Under the pieces are notes generated by a model. It did not search any database. It had not been told where the DNA came from and saw nothing but the letters and a program-made list of their open reading frames with translations. A stretch of 42,516 nt of DNA from Conidiobolus incongruus B7586 (lineage: Eukaryota): positions 1 to 42,516 of the forward strand of contig JNEM01010310.1 of the NCBI GenBank assembly GCA_000697335.1, read 5' to 3'. The first letter of the stretch is position 1, and each line of letters opens with the position of its first letter. Position numbers and translations under genes: made by a program. This document shows positions 12,644 through 26,835 of the stretch, one piece after another.

Positions 12644-13612
12644 TCAGAATAGTGAACGAGATGGGTTGAACGGATTGTATGGGTTGTATGAGCTGAATGA
12701 ATTATATGGGTTGTATGGATTGTATGAGGATCCTCCCATGAGATTGTTGGTGGGTGGAGTTTGTGGATGCTGTTGTGGTTGCCGAGACTGTTGCTGTTGA
12801 GGAGGCTTTGTTTGCTGCGTATGTTGTTGTTGGTGAGATGACTGCTGTCCCTGTGGCTGCTTCTGCTGTTGCTGCTGAGAAGGTTGTTGTCCCTGTGGCT
12901 GCTTTTGCTGCTGTTGCTGCTGTCCCTGTTTCTTCTTGGTCTCTTCCATCTGCTGCTTCAATTTCTCTAAATCTTCTCTTGTTGGAATAATCAAAAATTT
13001 CTGAGGAGGTCCTAGTACAATGGGAGTAATAGGCTGATACCATTGATTATATGTGGGAAATGCATTTGGTTGGAATGGATTATATCCCATTCGTAATTGT
13101 AGATCATTTGATTGGGATCCTGGAGCTTGGGCTTGTGCTAGAGTTCCTTGAGGAGTTTGAGGTGACTCGGATTCGGGAGATTTACTTTCTTCAGGTTTAA
13201 CGTGCTCTGTTTCCTTTTCTTCTTTCTGTTTGTTTTCATCCTGTCTAGCATTTTCAATCCCAGCTTCTAGATCCTTAACTTCTTCAGGTTTTACATTTTC
13301 ACTTTGTGATGCATTCTGCTCATCCTTTTTAGGTTTTGATGGTGGAAGAGGCGCTTTGAGGTCCGGTAATATCACTCCATTATAATCCAATGAACTGGGC
13401 TTATTCTTATCACTCTCAACAGAGGTTGCTCCACTTTCTGATAGTTTGCCACCGTCTTTGGGATCATTGAACCACATTGGCATTATGTTACTTCTACTGA
13501 TTCCTGAACCAGTTGCCAATTGATAAGCATCCATAAATGAACCCAAGTTATCAAAATCTTGGCCTAGCAATACATTTAATAATACAGTATAAATTATCGT
13601 ATCTAATTTCAT
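12644..13612 (-). CDS. Putative secreted low-complexity Q/P-rich protein (322 aa, intronless)
   Basis: Long, GC-elevated ORF. Hydrophobic N-terminus MKLDTIIYTVLLNVLLG|QD resembles a signal peptide. Internal repeats ENVKPEEVK/EHVKPEESK, QQQQQKQPQGQQ x2 and C-terminal YNP repeats. Confidence 0.8.
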   Translation of the reverse strand: MKLDTIIYTVLLNVLLGQDFDNLGSFMDAYQLATGSGISRSNIMPMWFNDPKDGGKLSESGATSVESDKNKPSSLDYNGVILPDLKAPLPPSKPKKDEQNASQSENVKPEEVKDLEAGIENARQDENKQKEEKETEHVKPEESKSPESESPQTPQGTLAQAQAPGSQSNDLQLRMGYNPFQPNAFPTYNQWYQPITPIVLGPPQKFLIIPTREDLEKLKQQMEETKKKQGQQQQQQKQPQGQQPSQQQQQKQPQGQQSSHQQQHTQQTKPPQQQQSRQPQQHPQTPPTNNLMGGSSYNPYNPYNSFSSYNPYNPFNPSRSLF

Positions 13613-15904
13613 CTTAATTTGCTAAGTTTAATATTAATACCGATCCTAGGGAACAAAGACGCAATAAATATGCTGAATTTAAGATCAACTCAACTAATGA
13701 CAATCTCATCAATGCATTAAAATGAAAACCCTATTAATTTCATGCGAAATTTATAACTGTCAAAATTTTATTATCTCAACTTTTTAATGGCTTTGAAGAG
13801 CCAACTTGAAAATATCATTATCATATACTTTAATTGAAATAAAATTATATTAACAATTCATTAGGCAAGTTTTGATTTATTAACATATTAACAAAGTATC
13901 TCAATACTTCAGGTTAAGAATTAAATAATCAAATACAATGTCTTATATTGACACAATTTTGAAATGATTATCTAAACATTATGTTTATTAGCAATAAATA
14001 ACGATTTTCTACATTAAATTATTTTTTGCATTTGAAGTCACATTAATAGTTTTTAGATGTTTACTATTAATTTATCATAGAATGTCAGATTTTGAGATCG
14101 CTATGACCTTAGCTGGCCTAAGAAATGGCGGATATCAACAATATTGTTATTTGACAATTGGATTAGGATATCTGAATCTAATTTAAAATTATTTATATCA
14201 TATAAAAATTAATATAATTACTTTGGATATTATTAAAATTTTTGTAATAATTTTTAATTTTATATTTTATTTTTTAATTAACAAATATAAAATGTATATT
14301 GCATATTATTATTTGTTATAAAATCTTATTTCCAATTATTTATTATACTTTAATAATTAAATCAATTTAATAAATATTCACAAGCTTGGCGTTATATTCT
14401 AAATTCATAAACTTTGATTCACTTAATATTTTGTTAATATTTTTAATTTATTATATTATTTTATGAATATACTAATTGAAATAATACTTATCCAGGTTTA
14501 AATAATATTGTCAATATTTCAATAATAATCAACAGGGAATAATCTTGAGTTTCTTCAATTTCATCTTTTAAAATTCTTCAAATAATAAAATGACCAAATT
14601 ATAAAAATAAAATAAGATTTATTAATAATATAAAATAATATGTAAATATTATTAAACATTGAACTAAAGATTATTCTGATTAAGCCATGAAATCACCTTG
14701 CAAAATTGTCCAAATATTTAATATAATCTTACCATTTTTGTAAAATGAAGCTGAATGAAATAATTTATCAATATTCATAGGACTTGATAGTGATTTGATA
14801 ATACTTTAATCCTTTATAATATCTCAACTCTTCAAAAAAACCATTAATTACTAACAATTTGCAATTATTATAAAAACCTAAATAATTTCCAATATCCTAT
14901 AAATTATAACATCAGTTTTATTTCAATAAACATATAAAATAGATTGTTTTATTAGGAAATTTCATCAATTTAGGATTTGTTCTTATTAGTCACCAAAAAT
15001 CAATTATGGTTAATTACACTATATGACTAATTATTAGCCATATTTTTTGTATTTTTATAAAACTATAAATTTAAAATTTATTATACTAGATTATCATATT
15101 CATTTTAATAAATTTGTTCAAATTTTTTAAATAATATTTATTTAAATATATGTAATTATAAATTGTTTAAATAAATAGTTTAAATTAATAATGGTTCTAC
15201 CTATATTAATTTAATATTACCTATAATAATAATATAATTAGAGAGTTCATTATATATTTAATATATTAATACACTATAATTATGGAATAATATTGATTAT
15301 TTATCATTCAAATAATTTGAAAAATTTTTCAATTTATTATATATATTTTTGTATTATTAATATAAGAATATATCATATAGAATTTTCATTAAATTTGTTT
15401 TTATAACGATAATTTTTTATTTAGTGAAAATTAAATTAAACTGAATTATAAAAAAATTTTCCTATTATATAAATATATTATTCAATTTAAACTTCTAAAT
15501 AATTTTCTTATTATTTTTTATATATCAAAAATTTAAACTTTTTTGAAGAAATATATAGTTAATATATAATTTATAAAATATTATTATATTTTTAAAATAT
15601 TTATTTTAATTAATTTTTAAAACTTATACTGATATGCTTCAATATCATGATAAGAATTGATAATTTCAATAAAATTTAAAATAAATAAATTAAAAAAATA
15701 TGGCCTATGATAATATTATATAATGGAATTCATTAATTAAGAATAATTTTTTATAATAAGTTGATTAAATTAAATTTTTCAGTTTTGTTATTTAATTATT
15801 ACTACAAAAGTTATTTATTTTATTTTATATATCAATATAAGTTAATAGTAAATGTAAAATAAATATTTATGATAAAATTTAAAAGTGTATAAAATGATTT
15901 AGAT

Positions 15905-15977
15905 TGGAGAATCGGGGTATCGATCCCCGTGCCTCTCGCATGCTAAGCGAGCGCTCTACCATTTGAGCTAATTCCCC
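15905..15977 (-). tRNA. tRNA-Ala(AGC)
   Basis: GGGGAATTAGCTCAAATGGTAGAGCGCTCGCTTAGCATGCGAGAGGCACGGGGATCGATACCCCGATTCTCCA. Full cloverleaf, anticodon AGC, G3:U70 alanine identity pair. Confidence 0.98.
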
Positions 15978-16676
15978 ATAATTTTGGTATTAATTAATTC
16001 ATCCAATCCATTATCACTCAATTTATAGCTGGAATGATTCAATTTTTGATCATATAAAAATTTTTTCCATATTTATCCAACTTAATTTTTAAGCTACTTT
16101 CAACTCATTTATTTTTCAAAATACTGGTTATTTTTTAATTATACTCAATATTATTTCATTTCAATTTTTAATTATTTGATTTATTTTGTTCAAGTGATTG
16201 TATTATTTATTTTTTTAAAATCATTCTTTTTTTGATATTTCAAGCATTATAAAAATAATTTCAATTATTGAATACTTGAAAATATTATTTACAAATTATT
16301 TGAATTTAATTGAATATATTATCTTGATAAAAGTAATAATAAAATTCTTAACCAAATAGAAATACAAAAATTAAAAATATATCTAAAAATTCTAATTATT
16401 GACACATTTAGTAATATGAAAAAATCATTGATAGAATGAATATATAAAATGAAATTCAAAGGTTGAATTTTGATGAAAATTTTAAAATTAGAAAAATTAA
16501 CTGATTTAAAATTTTACATTAGATAATTAACATTTATTATTAAAATTATTTTTTTTCATTCTTTATCAAATTGAATATTTGATAAATATAAATTTCCTTA
16601 AAATTATTAAATAAATTCCTCTCAGTTCTAATTACATTAATAATATGAAAAACTTTTAATAATTTATTTTCAACTT

Positions 16677-19600
16677 CTACAAACTTTGCAAGTATTTTTG
16701 TTGACTTGAATTCAAACCTTGAGCGAATTGGTGGAAGTCCGAAATATTAGATCTAATACCAGTCTGCAAGAATTCTATCAAATAATCCTAAAACCAATTG
16801 TTAATGTATAAATATTAATGTGAGAGGGAGGTGAGGTTACATTCATATTGAGAGTGTACAATTCATCAGATTGAAACAATTCTTCATCCAAGAGATTATT
16901 CTCGTCAAAATCGCCAAGTCCGTAATCTAAGATATCTAAAACAAAATTAATATAGAATTTTATCAATTTTGAAAAATAGCATTTACCAGATAAGAACATA
17001 CCATCCTCGTCATCTAAATCTTCCCATTCATCCTAAACCCAATTGATATATATATATATATATATAATGATTTCAGTGATAACTTACCTCCATATCCTTA
17101 TCATTATTAAGATCATTTTGAACATTGTCTAAAGTATTATTTAACAAATCGTCAATTAACAAACTGAGAATTTTCGTCATGGCGGGAATTTGAGTGTATT
17201 GTTTGCCAGCTATTTCATTATTAGGACATGATTATCGAAAATATTAATAGATAGTTACCTGCACGAGTTTGGGATCTTGTCAAAATACCTAAGTTAACAA
17301 TTTTAGCTATTATTAATAAATATATTATTCAAAAAAAATATTACGGTTGGGATTGGGATTAATCAAATCACCCTGAACGATAATGGATTTAATTCTAGGG
17401 TCGTTGAGAGCAAATAACTTGGACAACACATAAGCACTAGAAATCATTAATATAAAATCAAATATTAACTAAGGTTAAAATACCTGAGCTTAATAGAGTA
17501 ATATCCACTGAAGGAAGCGTGGTGCTCCAACCATGATTTCATAACTAATTCCAAGCCGTTGGTGCCGTTAACATCCAAGTTAGATAAGAAATCTAAGCAT
17601 ACGTTCATTTGGAAGCGGAGGACATGGCAGAGGACCATGAGGAGGGATTGGCAAAAGGTTTCGGTTTGAGCGGATTGTAAGCGGTTGGTCACAGTGGTTA
17701 AAATGAAGGGAATATAGGTGGAGATGGCGTCGCCAGCCTAAATTTTTGTAAATATTGGTAATTGTCAGCGAATTGTTATAGTTACTTGGATCATCATAAT
17801 GACAATAACATCCCCAGCGAAGAGAGCTTCGGATTCAGTACGTCCGGGTTGGAGAAGTTGCAAGATGAAATTTAAGACAACTTCAAAACCGTTTTGGCCT
17901 TGAGCATTAGTCCTATAACGCAAAATCAGTATAACACTTTATAACAACATTGTTAAATTACCATTGAGCAAATTGGTGAGGATCTTTAAATAATAATTGC
18001 TTGAGACAGTCTTGAATATTCTATCATTGTTAAATTAGCGATAGTTTCTGTTTGAAAAAAGTATGAAGATTACTTGGAGGATAGAATGATCGTCACTTCC
18101 AAAATAATTAATCAAAGTGGGCAACACTTCATTCACCAAGCCAGCTGGAAGTGGTGAGGGACCACCGCGGATGACGGAGGTCAAAACGTCAATAGCGGAC
18201 TATAGTTCTCTAATTACTAATTGTCTAACAAAATAATTTGGGGACTTACGGCAATGACAACAGCATCTTGATTCTGAGCGGTCATGACCTGATTGAGACC
18301 AGGTAGGACACGCGTGACTAAATTGGTGTAAATGGCTTCAATCCTGGCCAATTGTTCGACAATATCGAACACGAGAGCGGAGATGATGGGATCGGTGGCG
18401 AATTGCACCCAGATGTCCATGACCTTGGGTGTCATCATCTCCTCGAAATCAGCGGTGACTTTAGAGTTAATCTATTGGAAATGATTTAGAAACTAAACAA
18501 TGTTAATTATGATTGGTGTTACTTGGACGACGGAGAGCCAAATTTCCAAAATCAAGATTAAGACGTCAGATTTGTTGAATGAAACCAATTGGAAGGTTGC
18601 TTCCAAAATACGTTTTTGGTAGGGTGCGACGATTTCGCTGTCCAAGAAGCGGGAAAAGCTAATTTATCAATTAATATCAAATCATTGAATATCAATATTA
18701 AACAAATTACTTATGTAAAGCTTTCAAGCAAGAAATACGGACAGTGGTAGATTGGGAGTTGACAGCAGCGGATAAAGTTTCATTGATGCACTTGTTGCAT
18801 AAGTCGCTGGGGAGGATGGAGGCGAATTGACTGGTGAAAATAAAAGCACGGCCTTGGGCGTAGGGAGCATCTACTCAAAAATTAATTGATCAACTTAAAA
18901 TGCTAATGAGATGATCATTTACCATGAACAGTCATCAAAGGCAAGACAATAGATTCGAAGAGGGAAGAAATATCGAGAGATAAACCTTGGCCGTTGGATT
19001 CCTTGAAAGCGCCGATAATGCGCTGGGAAAAGAGCCCAATAGCAACTAAACAAGCTTCTAAAATAGTCCACCTAACAAAAATTTATCAATAAAAAGACCA
19101 TTCTAACCATAAAATTAACACTTACCAATCGGAGTTACCATTCTGTTTTGTTTGCTCGGCAATTTGAACGTAAGAAGCGACGCATTTGGATAAAACTTCA
19201 ACAGTCTTCAAAGCGAACTTATTTTCCAAAGCCTAAACCCCATTGCTCAATACGTATCGAAACTAGAGTATAAATATTATAAACTCACACTGAAGACATC
19301 CTGGGTAGCAACTCTAACACTATAATTAAAAGTTTGATCATCTTCGTCAGCTACAAATTTGTTAGGGTCTTCGGCCCAAATTTCAGACTATTTTCAACGT
19401 TAACACATGCTAATTATCAACATAATTCAAAACTTTTACCTGTTCTTTGGTAATTTGCAAATAAGGAATCAAAGCCCAAACCAAATTAGCTAAACTCTCC
19501 TCAGATTCAGCTAAAATGCTGACACCATTCTCGGATTTCTTGTAAACTACGGAGACGAGAATATCAAACAAACTATACATCATATTCTCGAGTTTGGGGA

Positions 19601-20842
19601 TTTCACTGAGGTCTTGGATTGAAGGATCGTTGTCGATATTGGGTAATTCGGCATTGTCGCTATAGACGTACTCATCAGTGTACACTTTTTGGGCTTTATT
19701 GAGGAGTTGAATGCTGAGTTGGACGATCTGCAAGATGTTGGACTTGACGAGGATTGGGAAGCGAGTGATGAAGGAATTGAGGCACTAATCAACTATGTAA
19801 ATACATAATATTAATGAATAGGATTACTAAGTACCTTGAAAACGGGCAACATCATAACTAATTCGTTAGCATCGACTGGATTTCCATTCAAAATTTGGAT
19901 AAAAGCTTGAATCCAATTGCTACACAATGGTAAAACCAATTCAGATTCCAAGGTGGGATCAGATTCCTTTACAATGTACAATACGTCCATCATATTGCCG
20001 AAAACTGTAATGGCATTGGCTCGAGTTTGGGGTGAGTAGACCTATCAACAATGAGTAAAATATATGATTGTTGAGATGTGCAATTACTTGGGGATTAGTC
20101 AAAATCTTTAGCAATTGTGGAAAGACGATGGGAACGACAGCGGTAATACGTTGTTCTGTCAAGTCATTGGAACTGAATTCTAAATTCATGTTATCCAAAG
20201 TAAAAATTATTGATTTTTTTCTATTGAATTACCTGTCAATACTTGCAAGCTACCCATCACGACTTCGGTAGATCCATTGGTCAAAAATCCAACGATACCT
20301 TCCAAAAAGTCGGGCCACTGCTCGGGCCAATCGTAGTGAGCAATTCTAGCAACTACAAAAGCCTAATATTACAATCAATCAAAAAACACTATGAATCATG
20401 ATTCAATATTCTTACAGATGTGGATCTAATCTTAGAATCTTGATCCGACAATCCTTGAATAATGATTTGTTTGACTTGTTGTTTAACCTACACAACTATT
20501 AATGATTGGTTCAATCATCATTGAATATTGGATACTTACTTCAGCACTTGGTTCCACGCTCACATCCTTGTTGGGATTGGGACTCCAATAAGTATTCACA
20601 TAAGTCTTCAATTGAATCCCAGAAGCCTACACATCCAAAACCATTAAAATCCACCCAATCAAATGTATAATAACTATTACCTGTCTTGTGGCCATATCAC
20701 CTGCTTGAGAAGTCAAAATATTTGCTAAGAATAAAGGATATTCATTTAACTTTTCAGCCTCCTTTAAATGCAACTCGGCTTTCATGCGGATATTACTATC
20801 TGCTGACAGTGAGTCTTGAAGGAGTTGGTATATATTTTCCAT
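16677..20842 (-). CDS. IPO9: Importin-9 / karyopherin Kap114 (importin-beta family); about 23 exons
   Basis: IBN_N-type start MENIYQLLQDSLSADSNIRMKAELHLK..RQ|ASGIQLKTYVNTYWS. Further motifs: GLSDQDSKIRS, VARIAHYDWPEQWPDFL, PYLQITKEQ|..WAEDPNKFVADEDD, VQGDLI..ILTRSKTR..YTQIPAMTKILSLL, and an acidic C-terminal loop. Last exon DYLIEFLQ...KYLQSL*. Confidence 0.9.
17046..17066. repeat. (TA)10 microsatellite in an importin-9 intron
   Basis: Read directly from the sequence. Confidence 0.9.
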
Positions 20843-23697
20843 ATTTTTTAGTTTTATTATTGAGTTTAAATTATTGTTTTTTTAGAATTATTAAATTCAA
20901 TTTTGTAGGACACCAAATTATTGTAGAATTTATTGAAAGTTAATTGGGGAGTACTTTATGGGATTTGAAATTAATTAAATTTGGATTATTTATTGGACTA
21001 ACTTTTAATATTTGAATAATATTAATTTAATGTAATATACCCTCAAAATTATTTTTTATATTCTTACTCCTATTATAATATATATATCATTTATTTAATA
21101 TTCAATACTGTACAGCAATTAATAATGCGACAGTTCATTTTTCAATAATACTATAATTAAAATATTTTGTATATAAAACATTATATATATATTATTTAAA
21201 TGGATCTGTGACTATACTAAATGGACAATTCTGTTTCGAGTCCCAATTGAATTCGAGTGTAATTCAATATAAAATATTTGTTAATTAGACTATTGTCATG
21301 TATTGAAAGCCTTTTATCGAAGTTTTATTTACTATGTATTTCAAACTATAATTTATTTAAATAAAATTATAAATGTTGATCTTTATATATTTTATTATTT
21401 GTTGATATTGTTGAAATTTGGTAAAAAAGCTAAAGAATGAATTGGTATTTAACTAGAAAAAAAACTCAATTAATGAATAACTAACGTTGCATTGATCAAA
21501 ATAATTTTATTGAACACAATTCAAATATATTAATAAATATGAATTTCTTTAATCCTTACTTTTTTAAATACTTTATTCATTATTTTGTTTGTTGATATAT
21601 TCAGTATTTTTGAATTAGTATTGTAAACAAATTAAATTCAAAATTTGACGGTATTATTTGATATTTTGATAATTGATCTAGCAATAAAAAGGATATTACT
21701 CAGAAATTGATATGTATCAATTTATTTGACATTTTCATAGACAAATTAGATATATTTAAGTGTCAATATTTAAATTATAATTGACTGTAAATCAAATAGT
21801 ATTGATTAATGCGTTGATTATATAGTTTATAATTAATATAATTTTCTAATATAGCAAATATTCAATATTGAATATTTGAAATCGATGATAATGAACTAAT
21901 CATTTTACATAAAATTGGGTTGATAATGGTTATGGATTATGTAATGTTAAAATTATTCAATTGAATATTATACATTTAAATATTGCTAATTATAATGGTT
22001 TATCCTCAAATTTATGAAAACCAAAAGCAAAATATTAATATTAATTTATTGAATCAAAGAATTTATATATAAATATATTTATGATTTATTATTTAATAAT
22101 TGAAATGTAATATACCTCTATTGTTCTTGATGAGTATATTTATTATTAAAATTCTATGTTTATAGCATATATAATCAATTAAATCTGTAATCAAATTTTA
22201 CAATATTTACATTCACTCTTTAAACCTAAATATTTATTAATTTAGAAATTCTAATATTTTTCAAATATAATGATTAAATATGATAAATCAATTTTAATTA
22301 TTCAGGTTATACGGTTATGTTATAAAATAATAATTAATTAATATAATAACAAAATTTTTGAACTATTAATATAAGAAATAAGATAAAAGTATACCTTATT
22401 AAAGGCAGATTTATGATCACATCAAGAACTTTAAATTTACTATAAAATTATAATCTTAAATATTTTTTAATTTAGATAAAATCAAAGTTCGAAATTACCA
22501 CGTGGGAGCTCATTTGAAATAATTGGAGAATAGTAAAATCAGTTAATTAAGAATCCGAAAAATCTTCATTTAATAGGGTTTGTGATATTTGAGCTTATAA
22601 ATCAAAGACAAAATTGAAAGAGAAATGCTTAAAGAATGACATATGATTTAGTGTATAGAATATTAATTCAATTTGTTGAATAAATTGAAAATCTTTGTTG
22701 AATTGGATTATTGCTCTAATTAATCCATTAATAATTTAAGTAAAATTACCTGAATATATTCTACCAATTTACCAAAATTAATCATTTCATTCGCTTTTGC
22801 CTAGATTATCCTATTCATCTCTAGCATCATTACTAATTCTTAAATTAACCTTATCTAAGCTACTATAAATCGGTTAAATTACCAAGAAAAGATAATTAAT
22901 AGATGATAACAATAAATTAATAAATGGGATTATTCATTTAATAAAAATTAACAATTTTAAAACATATCTTGGATACAAATTTTTAAAATTCCGATCTCAT
23001 CTATATTATATCAGCCCAGAAATCTGATTAAACAATTTGTTGCACCTTTAATTTTGTGAAAAGTACTCATTAACTACAAAAATCAGCTAATACTCACCCA
23101 ATGCACTAAGCTTAGTACCGAACCATTCCATTGGATTAAATTAACCTCACATTTGCTAACATCCGACAAGAATCCTTTTGATGTGGAGTATCTTGATTAA
23201 ATGTTACGATTATTGAATCCTAAAAAATTAACGAGATTAACTCTATTTAGTAATTGAAATAATCTGTATTCCAAATTTTGCTAACATTAAAATTTATGAG
23301 AATTTTCAAATATTGAAATAAAATCTATTTTTATTCAGGTTGTTGGCTTGGTTGAGCCAGTAAGTAATAATTGAAAGAGATTTAGTTTGAAATTTGATGG
23401 GATCCTATTAATTGACAATGTGACTTTATTACTAATCAATCCATCATTAGTTCATCAATAAGGAGGAAATCTAATCAATATGATCATCCTCATTCTATCA
23501 ATAACGACCAATCAAATTTGAGTTGAGTTCAATTCTTGAATATTAAAGTAATTTATATATTTTTTGTGTTCGTAAAAATTGGATAAATTCTGGCTTATTT
23601 AAACCCTATGACTCATGGTTTTGAGAATTTTATTTTTTTAATTGTAAATAATTTTAATTTTTTTATTTGTTTTAAAATTGATTGTTTATAGATTAGA

Positions 23698-24744
23698 ATG
23701 AAAGAGGAGACACCTTTAATCAGCCCTGAAGTTAGATCCAACTCAAATGATTCGTTGGGATCCTCATCTTCCACCGTGGTGGATATTCAGAACACTACAG
23801 ACGATTTGAAACAGTATGGATCTGTCGAAATTGGTCAAATTAACCAAACACACCAGGCTTCCGCCCTTAGAGGTATATTAGATATGTTTTTGAGTTGTTT
23901 ATCCTTTGCAATTATGCATTTGACTATGAAATTTTTGATCAAGGATGGCTTTCCAGTTTCTCAACTCCTATTATTCAGATCAGTTACTACTATCATCGGA
24001 TGTTCACTTTATGCCCACTTCGCCAAAGTTCCCGGAGGTCCTCTTGGGCCTGATAAAGATAGATTCTGGCTCAATTTCAGAGGCTCTCTTGGAGCGCTCT
24101 CTGTTGTTACTTTCTTCCTCTCATTGAAGCATTTGGATTTGGGCGATACTTTAGCTCTCTCATTCATTTCTCCAGTGATCATGCCCATTCTATCATCCAT
24201 CTGGGTTGGTGAAGATTACACATTCTTGGATGCTGCAGCTACTGCGATCGCGATGACAGGTGTCATTTTCATATCCAAGCCCGAATTTCTCTTTGGATCA
24301 GACTCCCCCGATGGCGGATCCAGCGGTATAGGATTATTTTATGCCGTGATTGCTGCTACCACTGGAGCCATTTCCAACATTTCTATCCGCAAAATCTCTA
24401 AGAACTCCCAGTCTCTTCACATTGTCAATTACATGATGATTTGGACTCTCCCTGTCTGCATCGGAATGATGATCAATGATTCCGACACCATCAAATACGA
24501 AATCACTTGGTTCCAAATGATTCAATATGTGATCGTTGCATCCTTCTCATTCATCGGACAATTCTGGCTCGGTAGAAGTCTCTTGACAACTCCTGCAAGG
24601 TTCGTGTCTCCCATCATGTTCACTCAGGTATTCTATGCTTATATCAATCAATTCGTGTTTTGGGGTATACCACCTACCAGTAGTAGTACCATTGGTGTCT
24701 GCCTCGTCGCTTGTAGTTTATTATTATTACACTTTAAAATTTAA
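23698..24744 (+). CDS. EamA/DMT-superfamily transporter (SLC35G/YMR253C-like), paralog 1, intronless
   Basis: 348 aa with about 10 hydrophobic segments. Motifs: LLLFRS, WLNFRGSLGA, SLKHLDLGDTLALSFISP, GVIFISKPEFLFG, TQVFYAY. Confidence 0.92.
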   Translation: MKEETPLISPEVRSNSNDSLGSSSSTVVDIQNTTDDLKQYGSVEIGQINQTHQASALRGILDMFLSCLSFAIMHLTMKFLIKDGFPVSQLLLFRSVTTIIGCSLYAHFAKVPGGPLGPDKDRFWLNFRGSLGALSVVTFFLSLKHLDLGDTLALSFISPVIMPILSSIWVGEDYTFLDAAATAIAMTGVIFISKPEFLFGSDSPDGGSSGIGLFYAVIAATTGAISNISIRKISKNSQSLHIVNYMMIWTLPVCIGMMINDSDTIKYEITWFQMIQYVIVASFSFIGQFWLGRSLLTTPARFVSPIMFTQVFYAYINQFVFWGIPPTSSSTIGVCLVACSLLLLHFKI

Positions 24745-25886
24745 TCCAATTGTGAATATATTTGAATATTATAATAAAGCTTCTTTCTTCAATATCTTTA
24801 ATTATAATTTACAATTCAACCTTAATTTTTTTTGATTCAAAATTAACATAAAATAAATTTACTTATATTCAATTAATTTTAATTATTTTGATTTGTACAT
24901 AAAATTTATAACCAATATTAATTTTTATATTGATAATTTATGAACAAATAAATAAAATAGTAATTGAGAATTATAATCATTCTAAAGAATTTTTTTTAAT
25001 AATATTGATAATATAATTAAAATTTATATTCAATAAACATTAATATGAATATTTTTAATAAGAATAAAAAATAATTGAATGGAATGTATAATAATGGTAT
25101 AATAGTACCAAACAAGAAATTTAATTAAAAAATAATATTGCATAATATTAATTATTTTTTCATTTTATATTATAATAATGAACAGTTCTTAAATTATCAA
25201 TTATTTATGTCATTTGAAAAATGATTCATTTTTAATAAGATTTATATTATTTAATCTCTAAATAAATAGAAATATATTAAATTTTTAAATTATATTCAAA
25301 ATTAGGAAGTATATTTATTCTGTATCAATTTAATATTTTTATTAATTTTCAAAAATTTTAATCTATAAAATTTATTTTTATTATTTATATATTTTATAAT
25401 ATAGCAATGTAGTCATGATCATCAATTATTATATCATAATTTTATTGCTAAAACTAATTTTTACTAATTTATTAACTTTTGATATTTTTTTTCTTTTACT
25501 TGGAGAGTGAATAAATTTATAATTATAGGCTAGTTCCATTTTTCAGGTAAAGAATATATTATTCCATTTTAGCGTTAACAAGGGTCAAATTAGATTAATG
25601 ATTTTCTTGTGGAGATCTAATAATTCAAAACTGTGTAAATAGTAAACAGTTTATTGATTCAGTTTAACCTAAATAATAGATCTAATTTTGGATTTAGACT
25701 GAGAATAACTATTTAAAGTCATCAATTACTCAATTGTATTTTAGAAAATTTCAAATTTCAACCAATTATGGTGATATTCAATTCCCATAATGTCAAATTC
25801 AACTTATTTTAGTATATGAAGATGTAATAACAATTAAGTATTAAAAACTCATTAAACTCCATAAAACTATTAATTAAACAAAAAAT

Positions 25887-26834
25887 ATGAGATCATTATT
25901 AAAATCCCTCCAACCATTGATTACACAGCAATCTAAAAACTTATATGGGCAGCCTAATCTCAGACAGAGAGGCTTTCAACCCATTTTAAATTGGAGCCTG
26001 AGTCAGGGTTACGCCAGCAAAAAGAAGAACAAGAAGCAGGAAATTGATGAAGATATTAAGAAGACGGAATTTGAATGGAATCCAGATACTTACTTTCAAA
26101 AAATCGATAGGATTAAGCAGAAGTTCCAGACTGAGCTGAATAGTTTGAGAGTTGGAAAAGCTAATGCCAGTAAGTTGAATTTTTATATTTATGAAAATGT
26201 TTGTTAAAATGAATTCAGATTTGTTGGATACTGTCCAAGTAGATTGTGGTGAAGAATTCGGTGGTGTATTACCTCTCAATCAGGTGGGACAAGTTGCTGT
26301 CAAAGATCCTCAAACCTTGATGGTATCGGTTTTCGATCCCAAAGTAATTATATATAATATATATATCCAACCATTGAAAACTAATTAATTATAATAGTTA
26401 GTAACAGCTGTCGAGCGCGCTATTCAAACCGCCGACCTTAACCTCAATCCCATGATTGAAAAGGGTAAGGTCAGAGTACCAGTCCCTAAGTAATTATCAT
26501 TATTAAATCCATTATTCAATTCCTAACAGTTGATTAGATTGACGAAAGAAACCCGCCAAGAGACAATCAAAATTGGCCAAAAATTCTTAGAGTTGAGTAA
26601 AACTAACATCCGTAATTTACGCCAACAAGGTATGAAAGAATTGAACAACGGAAAGAAGAACGGTTTGGATAAAGATACCTTTAAGAAATTGGAAACTGAA
26701 GTAATATAAATTGACTTTTTAAATGATTAATTTATTAATGATCAATAATTTAGTTTGATCAAAATATCAAAAACCGTGTAAAAATCCTCGAGGATTTATT
26801 CCAAGCCAAATCTAAGGAGATCCAAGCCAACTGA
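25887..26834 (+). CDS. RRF1: Mitochondrial ribosome recycling factor; 5 exons: 25887-26169, 26219-26343, 26398-26489, 26538-26700, 26754-26834
   Basis: Basic presequence-like N-terminus. RRF motifs: LNSLRVGKANANLLDTVQV, PLNQVGQVAVKDPQTLMVSVFD, AVERAIQTADLNLNP, VRVPVPKLTKETRQ, NIRNLRQ, AKSKEI. Introns splice in frame. Confidence 0.92.
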
Positions 26835-26835
26835 A

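Noticed and set aside
12702..13043. Ala/Thr- and Ala/Val-rich ORFs overlapping the Q-rich gene
   Set aside because: Alternative-frame readings of CAG/CAA repeats.
15905..15977. tRNA-Ala T-loop reads ATCGA instead of TTCGA and resembles animal/plant tRNA-Ala
   Set aside because: A54 is a known feature of many eukaryotic cytosolic tRNA-Ala species. It is not evidence of horizontal transfer or a defect.
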